From: a bacterium
GTDB taxonomy: Bacteria > UBA8248
Reading direction: 5' to 3'
DNA length: 64,000 nucleotides
Assembly: GCA_963692865.2 (NCBI GenBank)
Contig: OY843592.1
Coordinates: 2,112,001-2,176,000 of the forward strand
Positions 45,843-56,125 of the stretch are shown here, in pieces. A program made the position numbers and the translations under genes. Below the pieces are notes generated by a model. That model did not search any database and was not told the origin of the DNA. It saw only the letters and a program-made list of their open reading frames with translations. Every line of letters starts with the position of its first letter. The first letter of the stretch is position 1.

Positions 45843-47171
45843 TCAATAGGCCGGCTTCGCCTCGCCGAGGTTCCCCACAATCGCGAGGGTGGACTCGTCG
45901 AGCCTGATGTGTTTTCTCGCCGCCGCCCGGATTTGCTCCTTTGTGACGGCGCGGATTTTTTTGAGGTATTCATCCGCGTAACCCGGCGAGAAGCCCAGAA
46001 TCTCCACCGCGAGGATGTAGTTCGCGATGCGGCCCGATGAGCCGAAGCGCGTGGCGAAGTTCCCGGTGATGAAATCCTTGGCGCCCTGGAGTTCCTCCTC
46101 GCTCACGCCCTTCGCCTGGATGCGCTTCACCTCCCCGATCGCCTCCTCGATGGCCTCGTTCGCGGTCTTGTTCTTCGTCTGGAGCATGAGCCGCCAGTGG
46201 CCCGCGTGACGGCCCGCGGCGAAATAGCTGTAGACGCTGTAGACGAGGCCCTTGTCTTCTCTCAGGTTGTTCATGATCCTGCTGGAAAACCCACCCCCGC
46301 CCAGGATGTAGTTCATCACGCGCGCGGCGTAGAAATCAGGATGCGTGCGCTTGAGCGAGCGGTTGCCCAGAATAACGGTGGTCTGGGTGAGGGGGCGGTC
46401 GATCTTGACCACCTGCATCTTCCTGGGCGTCCCGGGCGGCGCGGCCTCGGGGATTTTCCCTCCCTCCGCCCGCCAGCCCTTGAAGCGGGCCAGAACGAGT
46501 TCTCGGGCGCGATCGAGCGAAACGTCGCCCACGAAGACGAAGACCGCCCCCTTCATGCCGTACCATTTCCTGTGGAAGCGGACGAGGTCCTCCCGGCCCA
46601 GTTTCTTGATCGACGCCTCCGTCCCCTCGACCAGGCGGCCATACGGCGTTTTCCCGAAGAGGCTTTTCCGGAGCGCCTTGTTCGCCAGATGGCCGGGGCG
46701 CTCGCGCTGCCTGCGCAAGCCGCCCACGATGCGCCGCTTCGTCTTCCCGATCTCCTCCGCCGGGAAGACGGGGTTTCTGAGAACGTCGCTCAACAGGGAG
46801 AGGCCCTCTTCCATATCCCGCGTGAGCACGCGCATCGAAGCCTCCGCGCGCGCGCGGCCGGCCTCGACGCCCACGCCGCCGCCCAGCGCGTCGTTCGTCT
46901 TCTCGACCTCGGATGCGCTTCTCGTTTTCGTGCCCCGGGTGAGGAGGGCGGCGGTCAGATTCGCGAGCCCCGCCTGTTTGGGCGCCTCGTGGCGCGCGCC
47001 CGCCGGAATCGAGACGGCGACCCGCACCATGGGCAGTTGTTTGCTTTGTTTGACGAGCAATACGCCGCCGCCGGGCAACTCCGCGCGCTCGTAGGTGATG
47101 ACGGCGGCGCCCGCCATGGCGGGAAGCAGGAGTGCGGCGGCCAGTGTCCAGAGAATGCGGTGGAGTCTCAT
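45843..47171 (-). CDS. M16 family peptidase, non-catalytic subunit (secreted)
   Basis: Signal peptide; GLANLTA..L.RGT replaces HxxEH; LGGGGFSSR...REDKGLVY. Confidence 0.9.
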   Translation of the reverse strand: MRLHRILWTLAAALLLPAMAGAAVITYERAELPGGGVLLVKQSKQLPMVRVAVSIPAGARHEAPKQAGLANLTAALLTRGTKTRSASEVEKTNDALGGGVGVEAGRARAEASMRVLTRDMEEGLSLLSDVLRNPVFPAEEIGKTKRRIVGGLRRQRERPGHLANKALRKSLFGKTPYGRLVEGTEASIKKLGREDLVRFHRKWYGMKGAVFVFVGDVSLDRARELVLARFKGWRAEGGKIPEAAPPGTPRKMQVVKIDRPLTQTTVILGNRSLKRTHPDFYAARVMNYILGGGGFSSRIMNNLREDKGLVYSVYSYFAAGRHAGHWRLMLQTKNKTANEAIEEAIGEVKRIQAKGVSEEELQGAKDFITGNFATRFGSSGRIANYILAVEILGFSPGYADEYLKKIRAVTKEQIRAAARKHIRLDESTLAIVGNLGEAKPAY

Positions 47172-47172
47172 G

Positions 47173-48570
47173 CTAGCTTCCTCCCCGGCTTTTGGCGGCG
47201 CTCTTGCGGCGTCTCTTCTTTGTCGGTATGAGTTCGGCGGTGGTCTTGTTCCTGTTGCTCAGGTATTTCCTGGCGACGCGGGCCACGTCGGCGGGCGTCA
47301 CCTTCCTGAGGGCGGGCAGGTAGCCTTCAAGCAGCCGCCAGTCGCCCGAGATCGCCGCCGAGCCGAGGAGCCTCGCCCGGTAGTAATGCGAGTCCATCGC
47401 GAAAACCGTGTTCGCCTCGATGTTCCTGAGCGCGCGGCGGAACTCCTCTTCGCCCACGCCCTTTTCGATGAGTTTCTCCACCTCCTCGAGCAGGGCCTTC
47501 TCCGCGTCGGCGGCCTTCTTGCCGGGCGCGACCCTCGCGTAGAGATAGAAGATCATCGGGTCCACCGATATGTAGGTGTAATCCGAACCCGCTCCGAGCG
47601 CGAGCGTGTCCTTGCGCACGAGCCTCTGGTGGAGGCGCGAGGTCTCCCCCCCGCCCAGGATGGCCTCGAGCATCACGAGGGCGGGCGCGTCCCCGCTCTT
47701 CCAGTTGGGGGCATGGTAGCCGATGGCCACGTAAGGAAGCTGCGCCTCCGCGCGCACGTACACCCGGCGCTCGGACTTTTGGGGAAACTCGGCGAGTTTG
47801 GGTCTTTTGCGGAAGGTGGGGGACTTGGGGATTTTCCCGAAATGTTTTTCGAGCAGCGCGACCGCTTCATCGACCTTGAAATCGCCCACCAGGACGGCGA
47901 CGGCGTTCTCAGGTGTGTAATAGCGCCTGTAGAACGCCTCCATGTCCTCGATGGTGATGGCGTCTATGTCTTCGGGCCAGCCGATGATCGGGTTCTTGTA
48001 GGGGTGGTTCGTGTAGGCGACGGCGCGAAGCTGCTCCCAGAACTTGCCCGTCGGCCTGTCGCTCCGGGTGCGCCTCTCCTCGTGCACCACGTCTTTCTCG
48101 GCGTCGAAGGCCTTCTTCCGGAGCAGCATGTTCACCATGCGGTCGGCCTCGAGCTCGATGATTAGTTCGAGCCTGTCCGAGGCGATGCGCTCGTAGTACG
48201 CGGTGTAGTCGAAACTCGTGAACGCGTTGTGGGAGCCGCCGTTTTTCTTGATGATTTCGTCGAAGACCTTTGGGCCGTATTTCTTCGTGCCGCGGAACAT
48301 CATGTGCTCGAGAAAATGCGCCATGCCCGTGAGGCCGGGCTGCTCGTCGCGGCTGCCGACGGCGTACCAGACCTTCATGACCACCATGGGCGCGCTGCGG
48401 TCGGGCAGCAGCAGGGCGCGCATGCCGTTTTTCATCCTGTGCCCGGTCACGTTCCAGGGAACGCGCAGGGCGGTATCCTCCTTGATATCTGCGGCGATGG
48501 CTCCTCCGGTGAAGAGAAAGAGGAGGGGGGCGCCGATCAGCAGCGCGCGCAGCTTGTTTGTTTTCCGCAT
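47173..48570 (-). CDS. M16 family zinc peptidase, catalytic subunit (secreted)
   Basis: Signal peptide from MRKTNK; GMAHFLEHMMF, NAFTS.D.T.Y, EER. Confidence 0.93.
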   Translation of the reverse strand: MRKTNKLRALLIGAPLLFLFTGGAIAADIKEDTALRVPWNVTGHRMKNGMRALLLPDRSAPMVVMKVWYAVGSRDEQPGLTGMAHFLEHMMFRGTKKYGPKVFDEIIKKNGGSHNAFTSFDYTAYYERIASDRLELIIELEADRMVNMLLRKKAFDAEKDVVHEERRTRSDRPTGKFWEQLRAVAYTNHPYKNPIIGWPEDIDAITIEDMEAFYRRYYTPENAVAVLVGDFKVDEAVALLEKHFGKIPKSPTFRKRPKLAEFPQKSERRVYVRAEAQLPYVAIGYHAPNWKSGDAPALVMLEAILGGGETSRLHQRLVRKDTLALGAGSDYTYISVDPMIFYLYARVAPGKKAADAEKALLEEVEKLIEKGVGEEEFRRALRNIEANTVFAMDSHYYRARLLGSAAISGDWRLLEGYLPALRKVTPADVARVARKYLSNRNKTTAELIPTKKRRRKSAAKSRGGS

Positions 48571-48643
48571 GGATTCTTCCTCGTGGCGGCGGCGATATTT
48601 ATGATTCTTCAGCGGCGGCTCGGAGAGATGACGACGATTCACT

Positions 48644-49657
48644 CTAGTCCCTGATGCCCGCTTTTTCCAGCGCCTCGGGGTTCAGCAGGCCCGCCGGGCG
48701 CTTTCCGGCGATGACGTCGAGCGCGGCGGCGACGGCGAACTCGAGCGACTGCTCACACGCGTCCTCGCCCAGACCCGCGATGTGCGGGGTGAGAATAACG
48801 TTGTCGAGCGAGAAGATGCGGTGGCGGTGATCGGCCGGCTCGTTCGGGAAAACGTCCAGCGCGGCGCCCTGGATGATGCCGCGCTCGAGCGCCGTGGCCG
48901 CGGCGTCCAGGTCCACAACCGGGCCGCGCGAGGTGTTGACGAGATAGGCGCCCGGCTTCATCGAGGAGAGGAATTTCTCGTCCACCATGCCGCGCGTCGA
49001 ATCGTTCAGCGGCACGTGGCAGGTGATGAAATCGGCCCGGCGCGTCACCTCATCAAGGGGCTCGAAGAAAACGCCCACCTCTGCGGCGAAGCGCTCGTCG
49101 CGCACGACGTCGTGCGCGATGACCTCCATGCCGAAGGCGGCGGCGCGCCGCGCCACGCGCTTGCCGATGTTGCCCAGCCCGATGACCCCCAGCGTCTTAC
49201 GCCTGAGCGGCGATATGGGGACTCTCAAATCCGCCCATTCGCCCGCGCGCATCTTCTTGTCGGAGAGGGCGATATTTCGCGCGATGCAAAGCATGAGGCC
49301 GACCGCGTGCTCGGCGACGGAGTCGGAGTTCTGGCCCGGCGCGTTGGTTACGACCACCCCGTGGCGCGTGGCGGCGTCCAGGTCAACGGAGTTGAAGCCC
49401 ACCCCCGTTCTGGCGACGTGCTTCAGGTGCGTCGCCGCCGCCAGGGTGCGCTCGTTGTAGGGGTCGTTGCTCGGGAAGGAGACGACCACGCCGGGGAGCG
49501 AGGCGATGAGTTCTTCTTCGGTCTTGTCCACGCCGTTCGATTCGATTCTGACTTCGAGGCCCGCCTCGGTTTCGAGCCGTTTGAAGTGGCGCATCGGGTC
49601 TTCGAGGCCGCTCAGCCAGCTCGTGGTGACCCAGGCGATTCCTTTCGACATTTTCAT
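48644..49657 (-). CDS. D-isomer-specific 2-hydroxyacid dehydrogenase (SerA-like)
   Basis: GVGFN, SVAEH, GLGNIG, NTSRG, LDVF..EP, TPHIAG. Confidence 0.92.
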   Translation of the reverse strand: MKMSKGIAWVTTSWLSGLEDPMRHFKRLETEAGLEVRIESNGVDKTEEELIASLPGVVVSFPSNDPYNERTLAAATHLKHVARTGVGFNSVDLDAATRHGVVVTNAPGQNSDSVAEHAVGLMLCIARNIALSDKKMRAGEWADLRVPISPLRRKTLGVIGLGNIGKRVARRAAAFGMEVIAHDVVRDERFAAEVGVFFEPLDEVTRRADFITCHVPLNDSTRGMVDEKFLSSMKPGAYLVNTSRGPVVDLDAAATALERGIIQGAALDVFPNEPADHRHRIFSLDNVILTPHIAGLGEDACEQSLEFAVAAALDVIAGKRPAGLLNPEALEKAGIRD

Positions 49658-49697
49658 CCTCTCGTCGGTGGTTCGGTTCGAATTTCAGGGGGTTTTG

Positions 49698-50381
49698 CTA
49701 GAAAACCTCGTCTTCGGGGTTGTGCACCTCGCCCATGCGCTTCAAGGTGGGAAGCGGCAGCCCCTCGTAGAGTTTGCCCAACTCCTCGTTCGTCTCGGCG
49801 AGCGCCATCTGGTAGAGGCTGTTGCCGCGGGCGTCGCATTCCACGAGGAAGGGACCGAAACCCTTCACCTCGAACACCCACATCGCCTGGGCAATGCCGA
49901 GCTCGTCGAGCCAGTAAACGTCCTTCACGCCCGTGATGCCGCGCCCGTACTGCGCGCCGATGCCGTAGCCCACCGTGTTCAGGAACACCGCGCCCAGCCG
50001 CTTGAAGTGATCCTCGTAGAATTGTTGCGCCATGCCGCCCTTGCCGATGACGCAGCGCACCCCGTGCCCGTCCAGCAGGAGGGGGAGATGCTTCTCGAAG
50101 CGGAAACTCGCCGTGGCCGTGACGGCGGCCACCTCCCACTCGCCGGCTTCGTTTTTCCCCACGGCGGGCGAGCAGTGGAACGTCACGTTCGTGAGCGAGG
50201 CGATGTCCACCGGCGGCGGCGCTTTTTCATCGAAGAGTTTCTTGTAGAGGCCGATTCTGCCCGTGAAGATCAGCCCGTCGAAATAGACGACGTCGCCCAG
50301 TTCGAGTTTCGCCAGGTCTTCCGGCGTGGCCGGCGTCGTGAGGTGGTGTTCCTTCATCTCCAGGTCTGCGGTGCCGCTCAT
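49698..50381 (-). CDS. Class I fumarate hydratase/tartrate dehydratase beta subunit
   Basis: TATASFR, IGKGGM, FGP..V..D..GNSLY. Confidence 0.88.
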   Translation of the reverse strand: MSGTADLEMKEHHLTTPATPEDLAKLELGDVVYFDGLIFTGRIGLYKKLFDEKAPPPVDIASLTNVTFHCSPAVGKNEAGEWEVAAVTATASFRFEKHLPLLLDGHGVRCVIGKGGMAQQFYEDHFKRLGAVFLNTVGYGIGAQYGRGITGVKDVYWLDELGIAQAMWVFEVKGFGPFLVECDARGNSLYQMALAETNEELGKLYEGLPLPTLKRMGEVHNPEDEVF

Positions 50382-50403
50382 ATCGTGAAATCTCCCAAGC
50401 CGC

Positions 50404-51354
50404 TTATGCGACGCTGTCGCGGCGGTAATAGTCGGTGAACCAGTGCGGGTTTTCGCGGTATTCCACCCGGCCGTCGGGGTGGATGCGCGCGGTGGCGCGC
50501 CTGAGCGCGAAGCACTGGTGGTGGATCGATATGGGCATCCCGCCCGTGTGGGTGTAGGCCACCTCGATGTGGGTGTCCATCACCGCGCCCTCGCCCTTGA
50601 AGCCCATGGGGCCGAGGCTCGTTCTCCGGCCCAGGTCGTTCAGGTCTTCTTCGAGTTTCGCGATCTGGGGATCGGGGTTCCTGTCCCCCACCACGCGCAG
50701 ACACGCCGCCTCCTTGGCGAGGCGCACGCAGGTATCCTTGGTGCCGCCGATGCCGATTCCCACGATGGCGGGCTGGCACGAGAGGCCGCGCTTGAAGAAC
50801 TCGCTGATCACGTCCAGGAAGAAGCGCTTGATGCCGTCGATGCCGTCGGTGGGGAAGAGCATCCGGTAGTCCCCGCCGAAGAGGCCTCCCTTGTGGAAGC
50901 TCGTGAGCTCTATCCAGTCGACGTCCGGCTCCCAGGAGTAATCCACCGTGGGGGCGTGGATGCCGACGTTGTTGTTGTAATCGTGCCGGGTGATGGGGTG
51001 CACGCGGTTGGGGCGCAGGGGCACGCGCTCGGTGGCGTCCGCCGTTCCCTGGCGGACGGAGCGCTCCAGCGCCACGAAGCCGCCCTCGACCGCGGCGTCG
51101 TTCCCGATTTTCGCGTAAAAGCGCGGAAGCCCGGTGTCGGCGCACATGGGGCGCTGCTCGTCCACGGCGACCTTGTAGTTGTTGACGATTTCCAAGAGCA
51201 CGAACTTCGAGAGCTTCTGGGTCTCGCGCTCGGCCATGTCGGCGATGGAATCGCCCACGTCCTTGGGTATCCCGATGGCGGCGCGGCGGTTGAGCTCGAA
51301 GGCCACCTCTCTGAGCAGTTCGCTGCTGATGGCTTGCGTTTCAACGGTCGGCAT
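50404..51354 (-). CDS. Class I fumarate hydratase/tartrate dehydratase alpha subunit
   Basis: PMCADTG, PLRPN, SCQP..VGIGIGG, LGPMG, QC..LRR. Confidence 0.9.
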   Translation of the reverse strand: MPTVETQAISSELLREVAFELNRRAAIGIPKDVGDSIADMAERETQKLSKFVLLEIVNNYKVAVDEQRPMCADTGLPRFYAKIGNDAAVEGGFVALERSVRQGTADATERVPLRPNRVHPITRHDYNNNVGIHAPTVDYSWEPDVDWIELTSFHKGGLFGGDYRMLFPTDGIDGIKRFFLDVISEFFKRGLSCQPAIVGIGIGGTKDTCVRLAKEAACLRVVGDRNPDPQIAKLEEDLNDLGRRTSLGPMGFKGEGAVMDTHIEVAYTHTGGMPISIHHQCFALRRATARIHPDGRVEYRENPHWFTDYYRRDSVA

Positions 51355-51373
51355 TTGGATGTCCTCCCCGCTC

Positions 51374-52225
51374 TCATGCGCCGGGCGCGCGGCCCCGGAA
51401 GATGGATGCGGCGAATTGTCTGACGCCGCCCGCAGCGGCGCGGCGCTTGAGTCCCTTGATGGCGCCCGTGGGGCTGATGCCCTTGGGGCAGCTCTCCGTG
51501 CAGTTGTATTGCGAGTGGCAGCGCCAGGCGCCGTCCTCCCCGCAAACTTCCAGAAGCCTCTCCAATCCCAGGGCGTCCCGGCTGTCGTTCACGAGCGTGT
51601 AGGCGCGGTTCAGCGCCGCGGGCCCCAGGTAATCGCTATCATGCCCTACAATGGAGCAGGATGCATAGCAGATGCCGCACGTAATGCACTCGATGTGCGG
51701 CTCGATGCGCTTGCGCTCGCGCGAATTCGGCGCGATGAGCGCGGGGGCCTTCTCCGCCGCCTTGTTCGGCTCCAGCCAGCCGCGGGCGCGTTTCATCTTT
51801 TCGAAGAACGCGGACATATCGACCGCCAGATCGCTCAAGACCGGGAAATTGGAGAGCGGTTCGAGCGTGATTTCTTCACCCAGACCGTCCAGAAGCGTCC
51901 GGCACGCCCAGGCGGGGCGTCCGTTCACCTTCAGGGCGCAGGTGCCGCACATGCCCACCCGGCAGGAGTAGCGGAACGAGAGCGTGGCGTCCTGCGCGCT
52001 CTGCACGGCGACCAGCGCGTCGAGCACCGTCATGCGCGGGCCGGTCTCGACCTGGAACGCATCGAAGCGCTCGCCCGGATCGTCCGCAGCGCCGCCCCGG
52101 CGGATTCTGACGCGCACCGTGGGGCGTTTTACCGGCTTTTCTTCCGGCGCGTCTTTTTCCGGCGCCGGTTCTTCCTGCGCCCCTGTTTCCGGCGCTCCTT
52201 CGCTCAATTGCGCCTCTTCGTTCAC
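51374..52225 (-). CDS. Succinate dehydrogenase/fumarate reductase iron-sulfur subunit
   Basis: CRVGMCGTC..AC [2Fe-2S]; CITCGICYASC; CHSQYNCTESCP. Confidence 0.93.
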   Translation of the reverse strand: MNEEAQLSEGAPETGAQEEPAPEKDAPEEKPVKRPTVRVRIRRGGAADDPGERFDAFQVETGPRMTVLDALVAVQSAQDATLSFRYSCRVGMCGTCALKVNGRPAWACRTLLDGLGEEITLEPLSNFPVLSDLAVDMSAFFEKMKRARGWLEPNKAAEKAPALIAPNSRERKRIEPHIECITCGICYASCSIVGHDSDYLGPAALNRAYTLVNDSRDALGLERLLEVCGEDGAWRCHSQYNCTESCPKGISPTGAIKGLKRRAAAGGVRQFAASIFRGRAPGA

Positions 52226-52575
52226 GCCATGAACCTCCAGTATTCAGTGTGCATGTAGGCCAGCCAGAAAAACGCGGCCACGCCCACGACGCACAGCACC
52301 CACAAGAGTTTCCGCTGGTGGCGGTCGGGGAAGCCGAAATCGGTCAGGATCACCTTGATCCCGTGCATGGCGTGCCAGACGACGAGGAGGAGCATGGTGA
52401 TCCGCACCGAATCGATGTAGGGGTTCATCACGTGGATCGGGAACAGGACGATGAGCGCAAGGGCCGATAGCCTTTGCAGCACCCACGACCACATGCCCGG
52501 ATACATCGAGCGCCATGCGCCGATCTTCCAGGCGGGAGGTTTATTTGTGGTCGTCGGTTCTTTCACGCTCGTCAT
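52222..52575 (-). CDS. Sdh/Frd membrane anchor (cytochrome b, SdhC/D-like)
   Basis: GMWSWVLQRLS, PIH, WHAMHGIK...DF; three TM helices. Confidence 0.82.
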   Translation of the reverse strand: MTSVKEPTTTNKPPAWKIGAWRSMYPGMWSWVLQRLSALALIVLFPIHVMNPYIDSVRITMLLLVVWHAMHGIKVILTDFGFPDRHQRKLLWVLCVVGVAAFFWLAYMHTEYWRFMA

Positions 52576-52600
52576 TGCTGGTCTTCGCTCCGTTGCTGTG

Positions 52601-54325
52601 TCAGTCGATGAAATTGGGTTCCGGCGCCGTCTGCGCGGCGGTCTCCGCCCCGGGATGCAGGCGGCTGAACGCGACGGGTTTCCGCTCGATGACGGCCGCA
52701 TCGCCCTCTTTTTTGATATAGACGTTGTAGAGGTACTCATCCTGAGTCTCGGGGCAATCATCCCTGTAGTGGCTGCCCCGGCTCTCGTCGCGCTCAAGGG
52801 CTGAGAAGGCTATCAGTTCGGCGACGCAGACCTGGTTCCGCACGTCGAGCGCGTGCTGCCAGGCGAGGTTGTAGGCGCGCCCGCCTTCCGCGCGGGCCTC
52901 CGCCGCGCGTCGCTTCAAATCGTGGAGCATACGGATGCCGCTCTGGATATCGGCGCCGTTTCGTCTCAAGCCCACCTTGTTCCACATGGTTTCCTTGAGT
53001 TCTTCCCTCATGGGGTAGGGGGATTCGCCTTCGCCCAGCGCGTCCAGCGTTTTCTCCTCGGCAACCGCGAGCGCCTCCGCGTCGTAGGGGAGGAGGGGGG
53101 AGTCCGCCGCTTCTTCGGCCATCGCCTCGCCCGCTATCTCGCCGAACACCGTGGCGTTCGCCACCCCGTTTCCGCCCAGGCGGTTTGCGCCGTGCGTGCC
53201 GCCCGCGTCCTCGCCCGCGGCGTAAAGCCCCGCTAAATTCGTGCGGCATGCGGTGTCAATCTTCGCGCCGCCCATCATGTAGTGCGCGGTGGGGGTCACC
53301 TCCACGGGGCCGCCTGCGAGGTCGTAGCCCAGATCGGCGCAGCGCTCGACCATGCCCTTGAAGTTCTTGCGCACGAAGGATTTTCCGAGATGACTCACGT
53401 CGATGAACACGCCGCCGCGCTCCGTTCCCCGGCCCTCGATGATCTCGGTGTAGCCCGCCCGCGAGACCACGTCGCGCGTGGCGCGCTCCATGCGCTCGGG
53501 GTCGTAGCGCTCCATGTAGCGCTCCCCCGCCGCGTTCTTCAAGTGCCCACCCGCGCCGCGCAGCCCTTCTTCGAGCAGCGTGCCGGTTATCTGGAGGCCG
53601 TCTCCCGTGAGGATGCCCGTGGGGTGGAACTGCACCATCTCCATGTCGCAGAACGATGCGCCCGCCTCCCATGCGATCGCCATGCCGTCGGTGGCGAGTT
53701 CCTGCGCGCATGCGGATATCTTATAGAGCGTGGGGCCGCCGCCCGTGGCGAGGAGCGCGCATTTGGCGTTCACGGCGATGAACTCCCCGCTCCTGATGTC
53801 GAGCAAAAGCGCGCCCGCGACGCGCTCCGGCTCGCGTCTGGCGGGCAGGAGCGCCACCGCGCGCGTTTCCTCCAGCACGTCCACCCCGCGCCTTGCGAGC
53901 TGCTCGGAGACGCGGTTGGTGATCTCGATGCCCGTCAGGTCGCCCTTGTGCACCGTTCTGTCGAAGCTCTGGCCCGCGAAGGCTTTCTGGTGGATGGTGC
54001 CGTCCTCGTTTCGGTCGAAGAAGCATCCGCACACGGTTTCGAGCCGCTCCACGCAGCCGGGCGCGCGGCTCACGAGGGTCCAGGCGAGTTCCTGATCGTT
54101 GATCCAAGCGCCGCCCTGCAAGGTGTCGAGAAAGTGGTTCTCCACCGAGTCGGTTTCCGCCAGCGCGACGTTGTAGCCGCCCTGCACCATGCGCGTGCAG
54201 CCGCTCTTCCCGAACAGACCCTTGACCGCCACGGTGACGTCGAGGGCGGGGTTTTGCGTGTGGGCGGCGAGCGCGGCGAGCAGGCCCGCGCCGCCCGAGC
54301 CCAGGATCAGGATGTCCGTTTTCAT
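52601..54325 (-). CDS. Succinate dehydrogenase/fumarate reductase flavoprotein subunit
   Basis: GSGGAG, QFHPTG, EGLRG, RDVVSRA, HYMMGG, HGANRLGGN, ESRGSH; start may be 54352. Confidence 0.93.
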   Translation of the reverse strand: MKTDILILGSGGAGLLAALAAHTQNPALDVTVAVKGLFGKSGCTRMVQGGYNVALAETDSVENHFLDTLQGGAWINDQELAWTLVSRAPGCVERLETVCGCFFDRNEDGTIHQKAFAGQSFDRTVHKGDLTGIEITNRVSEQLARRGVDVLEETRAVALLPARREPERVAGALLLDIRSGEFIAVNAKCALLATGGGPTLYKISACAQELATDGMAIAWEAGASFCDMEMVQFHPTGILTGDGLQITGTLLEEGLRGAGGHLKNAAGERYMERYDPERMERATRDVVSRAGYTEIIEGRGTERGGVFIDVSHLGKSFVRKNFKGMVERCADLGYDLAGGPVEVTPTAHYMMGGAKIDTACRTNLAGLYAAGEDAGGTHGANRLGGNGVANATVFGEIAGEAMAEEAADSPLLPYDAEALAVAEEKTLDALGEGESPYPMREELKETMWNKVGLRRNGADIQSGIRMLHDLKRRAAEARAEGGRAYNLAWQHALDVRNQVCVAELIAFSALERDESRGSHYRDDCPETQDEYLYNVYIKKEGDAAVIERKPVAFSRLHPGAETAAQTAPEPNFID

Positions 54326-54471
54326 CGTGCGCAAGAGAGCGTTTCCCCACATGAATCAGGCGTTTGCTTCACGCGCCAAGAATGCCACAGCGCATGGGCG
54401 CGAACAAGCAATCTTGAAAACAGGGGGACGTGAGCGGGGCTATTGAAATTCTTATCTCACACGGCGGATTC

Positions 54472-54737
54472 GGGTTTGTTGAAAAAGTCCCCGAGGCGGT
54501 GGGGGTGCGATGATTTTGTAGGGGCGGACCTGCGTGTCCGCCCTTTGCGTTCGCCGTGTTTTATCATCGCGTTATCGTTATAAGACGGATGCCTGAAGGC
54601 GGGCGGACACGCAGGTCCGCCCCTACGGTCGTCATTCGAATGGTTGTGCAGGGGTCGCATATGGCCTGTTGAATAACCTCCTCGCCGGGGGGGTGTCCGT
54701 TTTTACCCCCTTATCAGGGTACTTTTTCACCACCCCC
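54472..54737. mobile_element. MITE-like element with an internal GTAG REP pair
   Basis: GGGTTTGTTGAAAAAGT ... ACTTTTTCACCACCCC ends; GTAGGGGCGGACCTGCGTGTCCGCCC and its inverted copy inside. Confidence 0.6.
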
Positions 54738-54751
54738 GTGGGTGCGCCGTA

Positions 54752-55435
54752 TTACAATTTCTCCAGAATGACGACGCGGCGCTCATCCGTCCAGCGGCGC
54801 GCGAAGCCGAAACGCTCCTGAATCCACGCGAAAGTTTCCAGCCTGTAGAAGCAAAGATGGGTAAAATCTCGCCTGTAGTGCCAGTTGTTCTTGAACCGCG
54901 CCTCCTCCCAGAACGCCGTCATGACGCCGAGAAGACCGCCCGGTTTCAGGTTCTCATGAATCCGCCCGATCTCCTCCCTCGGGCGCCTTAAATGCTCGAA
55001 CGTCTCGCTCGCGGCGATGAAATCAAAAGGGCCATCCGGCATTTCGGGGAAAAAGTACGGATCGTAGGGCAGGCATTTGATTCCTTTCGCCTTGAACAGC
55101 TCACATAGAACGGGGTGTCCGTCCGACGCCGGCCCCGCGCCGAAATCGAGCCCCCGCGCGCCCTGGGGCAGCATCGCAGCCAGGGGCTCGCTCAACTGCT
55201 TGAGAAAGGCGAGGTAGCCTTCATCGGAGGCGGAATTCCGGTGTTGCTCGTACCTCGCTTTTTCTTGATCGGGCGCGGGCCGGAATTCGGGCGGCACGAA
55301 GATGAGCCGGCAGACCGGGCAGTGCGCGTAGTCGCGCCCATCGGCCTGGAGGTACGGCGCCGCCTCGCCCGACCCGCACAGGGGGCAGATTTCATGCTGT
55401 TCATGTATCGGGATATGACCTTTTGTGTCGGGCAT
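54752..55435 (-). CDS. Class I SAM-dependent methyltransferase with N-terminal Zn motif
   Basis: CPLC...CPVC, LDFGAGP, YDPYF, ETFEH, HYRRD.TH. Confidence 0.88.
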   Translation of the reverse strand: MPDTKGHIPIHEQHEICPLCGSGEAAPYLQADGRDYAHCPVCRLIFVPPEFRPAPDQEKARYEQHRNSASDEGYLAFLKQLSEPLAAMLPQGARGLDFGAGPASDGHPVLCELFKAKGIKCLPYDPYFFPEMPDGPFDFIAASETFEHLRRPREEIGRIHENLKPGGLLGVMTAFWEEARFKNNWHYRRDFTHLCFYRLETFAWIQERFGFARRWTDERRVVILEKL

Positions 55436-55560
55436 TCGAACGGCCCACCTAAGGCGGTGAAAGCGAGGGCGGCGATGGACGCAGGCAGATCGGGAAGAGT
55501 TTAATCTTTATGTATGCCCTCAACAACGGGGTTGTTACTCCCTCCATTGAGTATTTTCAC

Positions 55561-55975
55561 CGTCATTCCGGCGAAAGCCGGAATCCATTTTCAACCGCCG
55601 ATGGAATCGACCAAGCGCCGCCATTCCCTCCGCACGGATACCGCATTCAGGCGTTGCGCGGCAACGAAGCCGTGGCCGCTCCGCCCGGTGAAAAGTCAAA
55701 ATGGATTCCGGCTTTCGCCGGAATGACGATCAAAAGCAAAAGAACGCCCCCGACGAGGGGGGGGCAACAGCCTCCGGTATGGGCGGTTCGCAAATCGCCA
55801 ACGCCTCTTTCCTCACCTTGAGTAGCCGCCGGAGGTCAAACGCGACTGAGAAAGGAGCGTTTGTATCGAAGGGCGAGGGGACTCGAACGCCTCGCGCCGG
55901 GGCGAGAGGGCATCCTTCGATACGCGGCTTCGCCGCTACTCTGGATGAGGCAGAGAGGACTTTTCAACAAACCCG
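55561..55975. repeat. Two REPIN-like inverted pairs plus one MITE-like end
   Basis: CGTCATTCCGGCGAAAGCCGGAATCCA (55561) and its exact inverse ending 55729; TGAGTAG...GTATCGAAGG / CCTTCGATAC...CTACTC pair; ACTTTTCAACAAACCC at ~55959. Confidence 0.85.
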
Positions 55976-56031
55976 CTACGGGAAGCATCCCACCATGCCC
56001 CCGCCTCGGGTCGAAACATCGGCCCGTCATA

Positions 56032-56060
56032 TTGACACCCCATGCGCCATCCCCTAGCTT
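56032..56060 (+). promoter_or_regulatory. Putative sigma70 promoter of the SDR-HAD-def genes
   Basis: TTGACA-17 nt-TAGCTT. Confidence 0.55.
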
Positions 56061-56125
56061 GGGGCGCTTTTGTGCGTGCGGCGCGAATGCCTTTTCTCGT
56101 TTCATAATCACCGAGAGGTGCGGTC

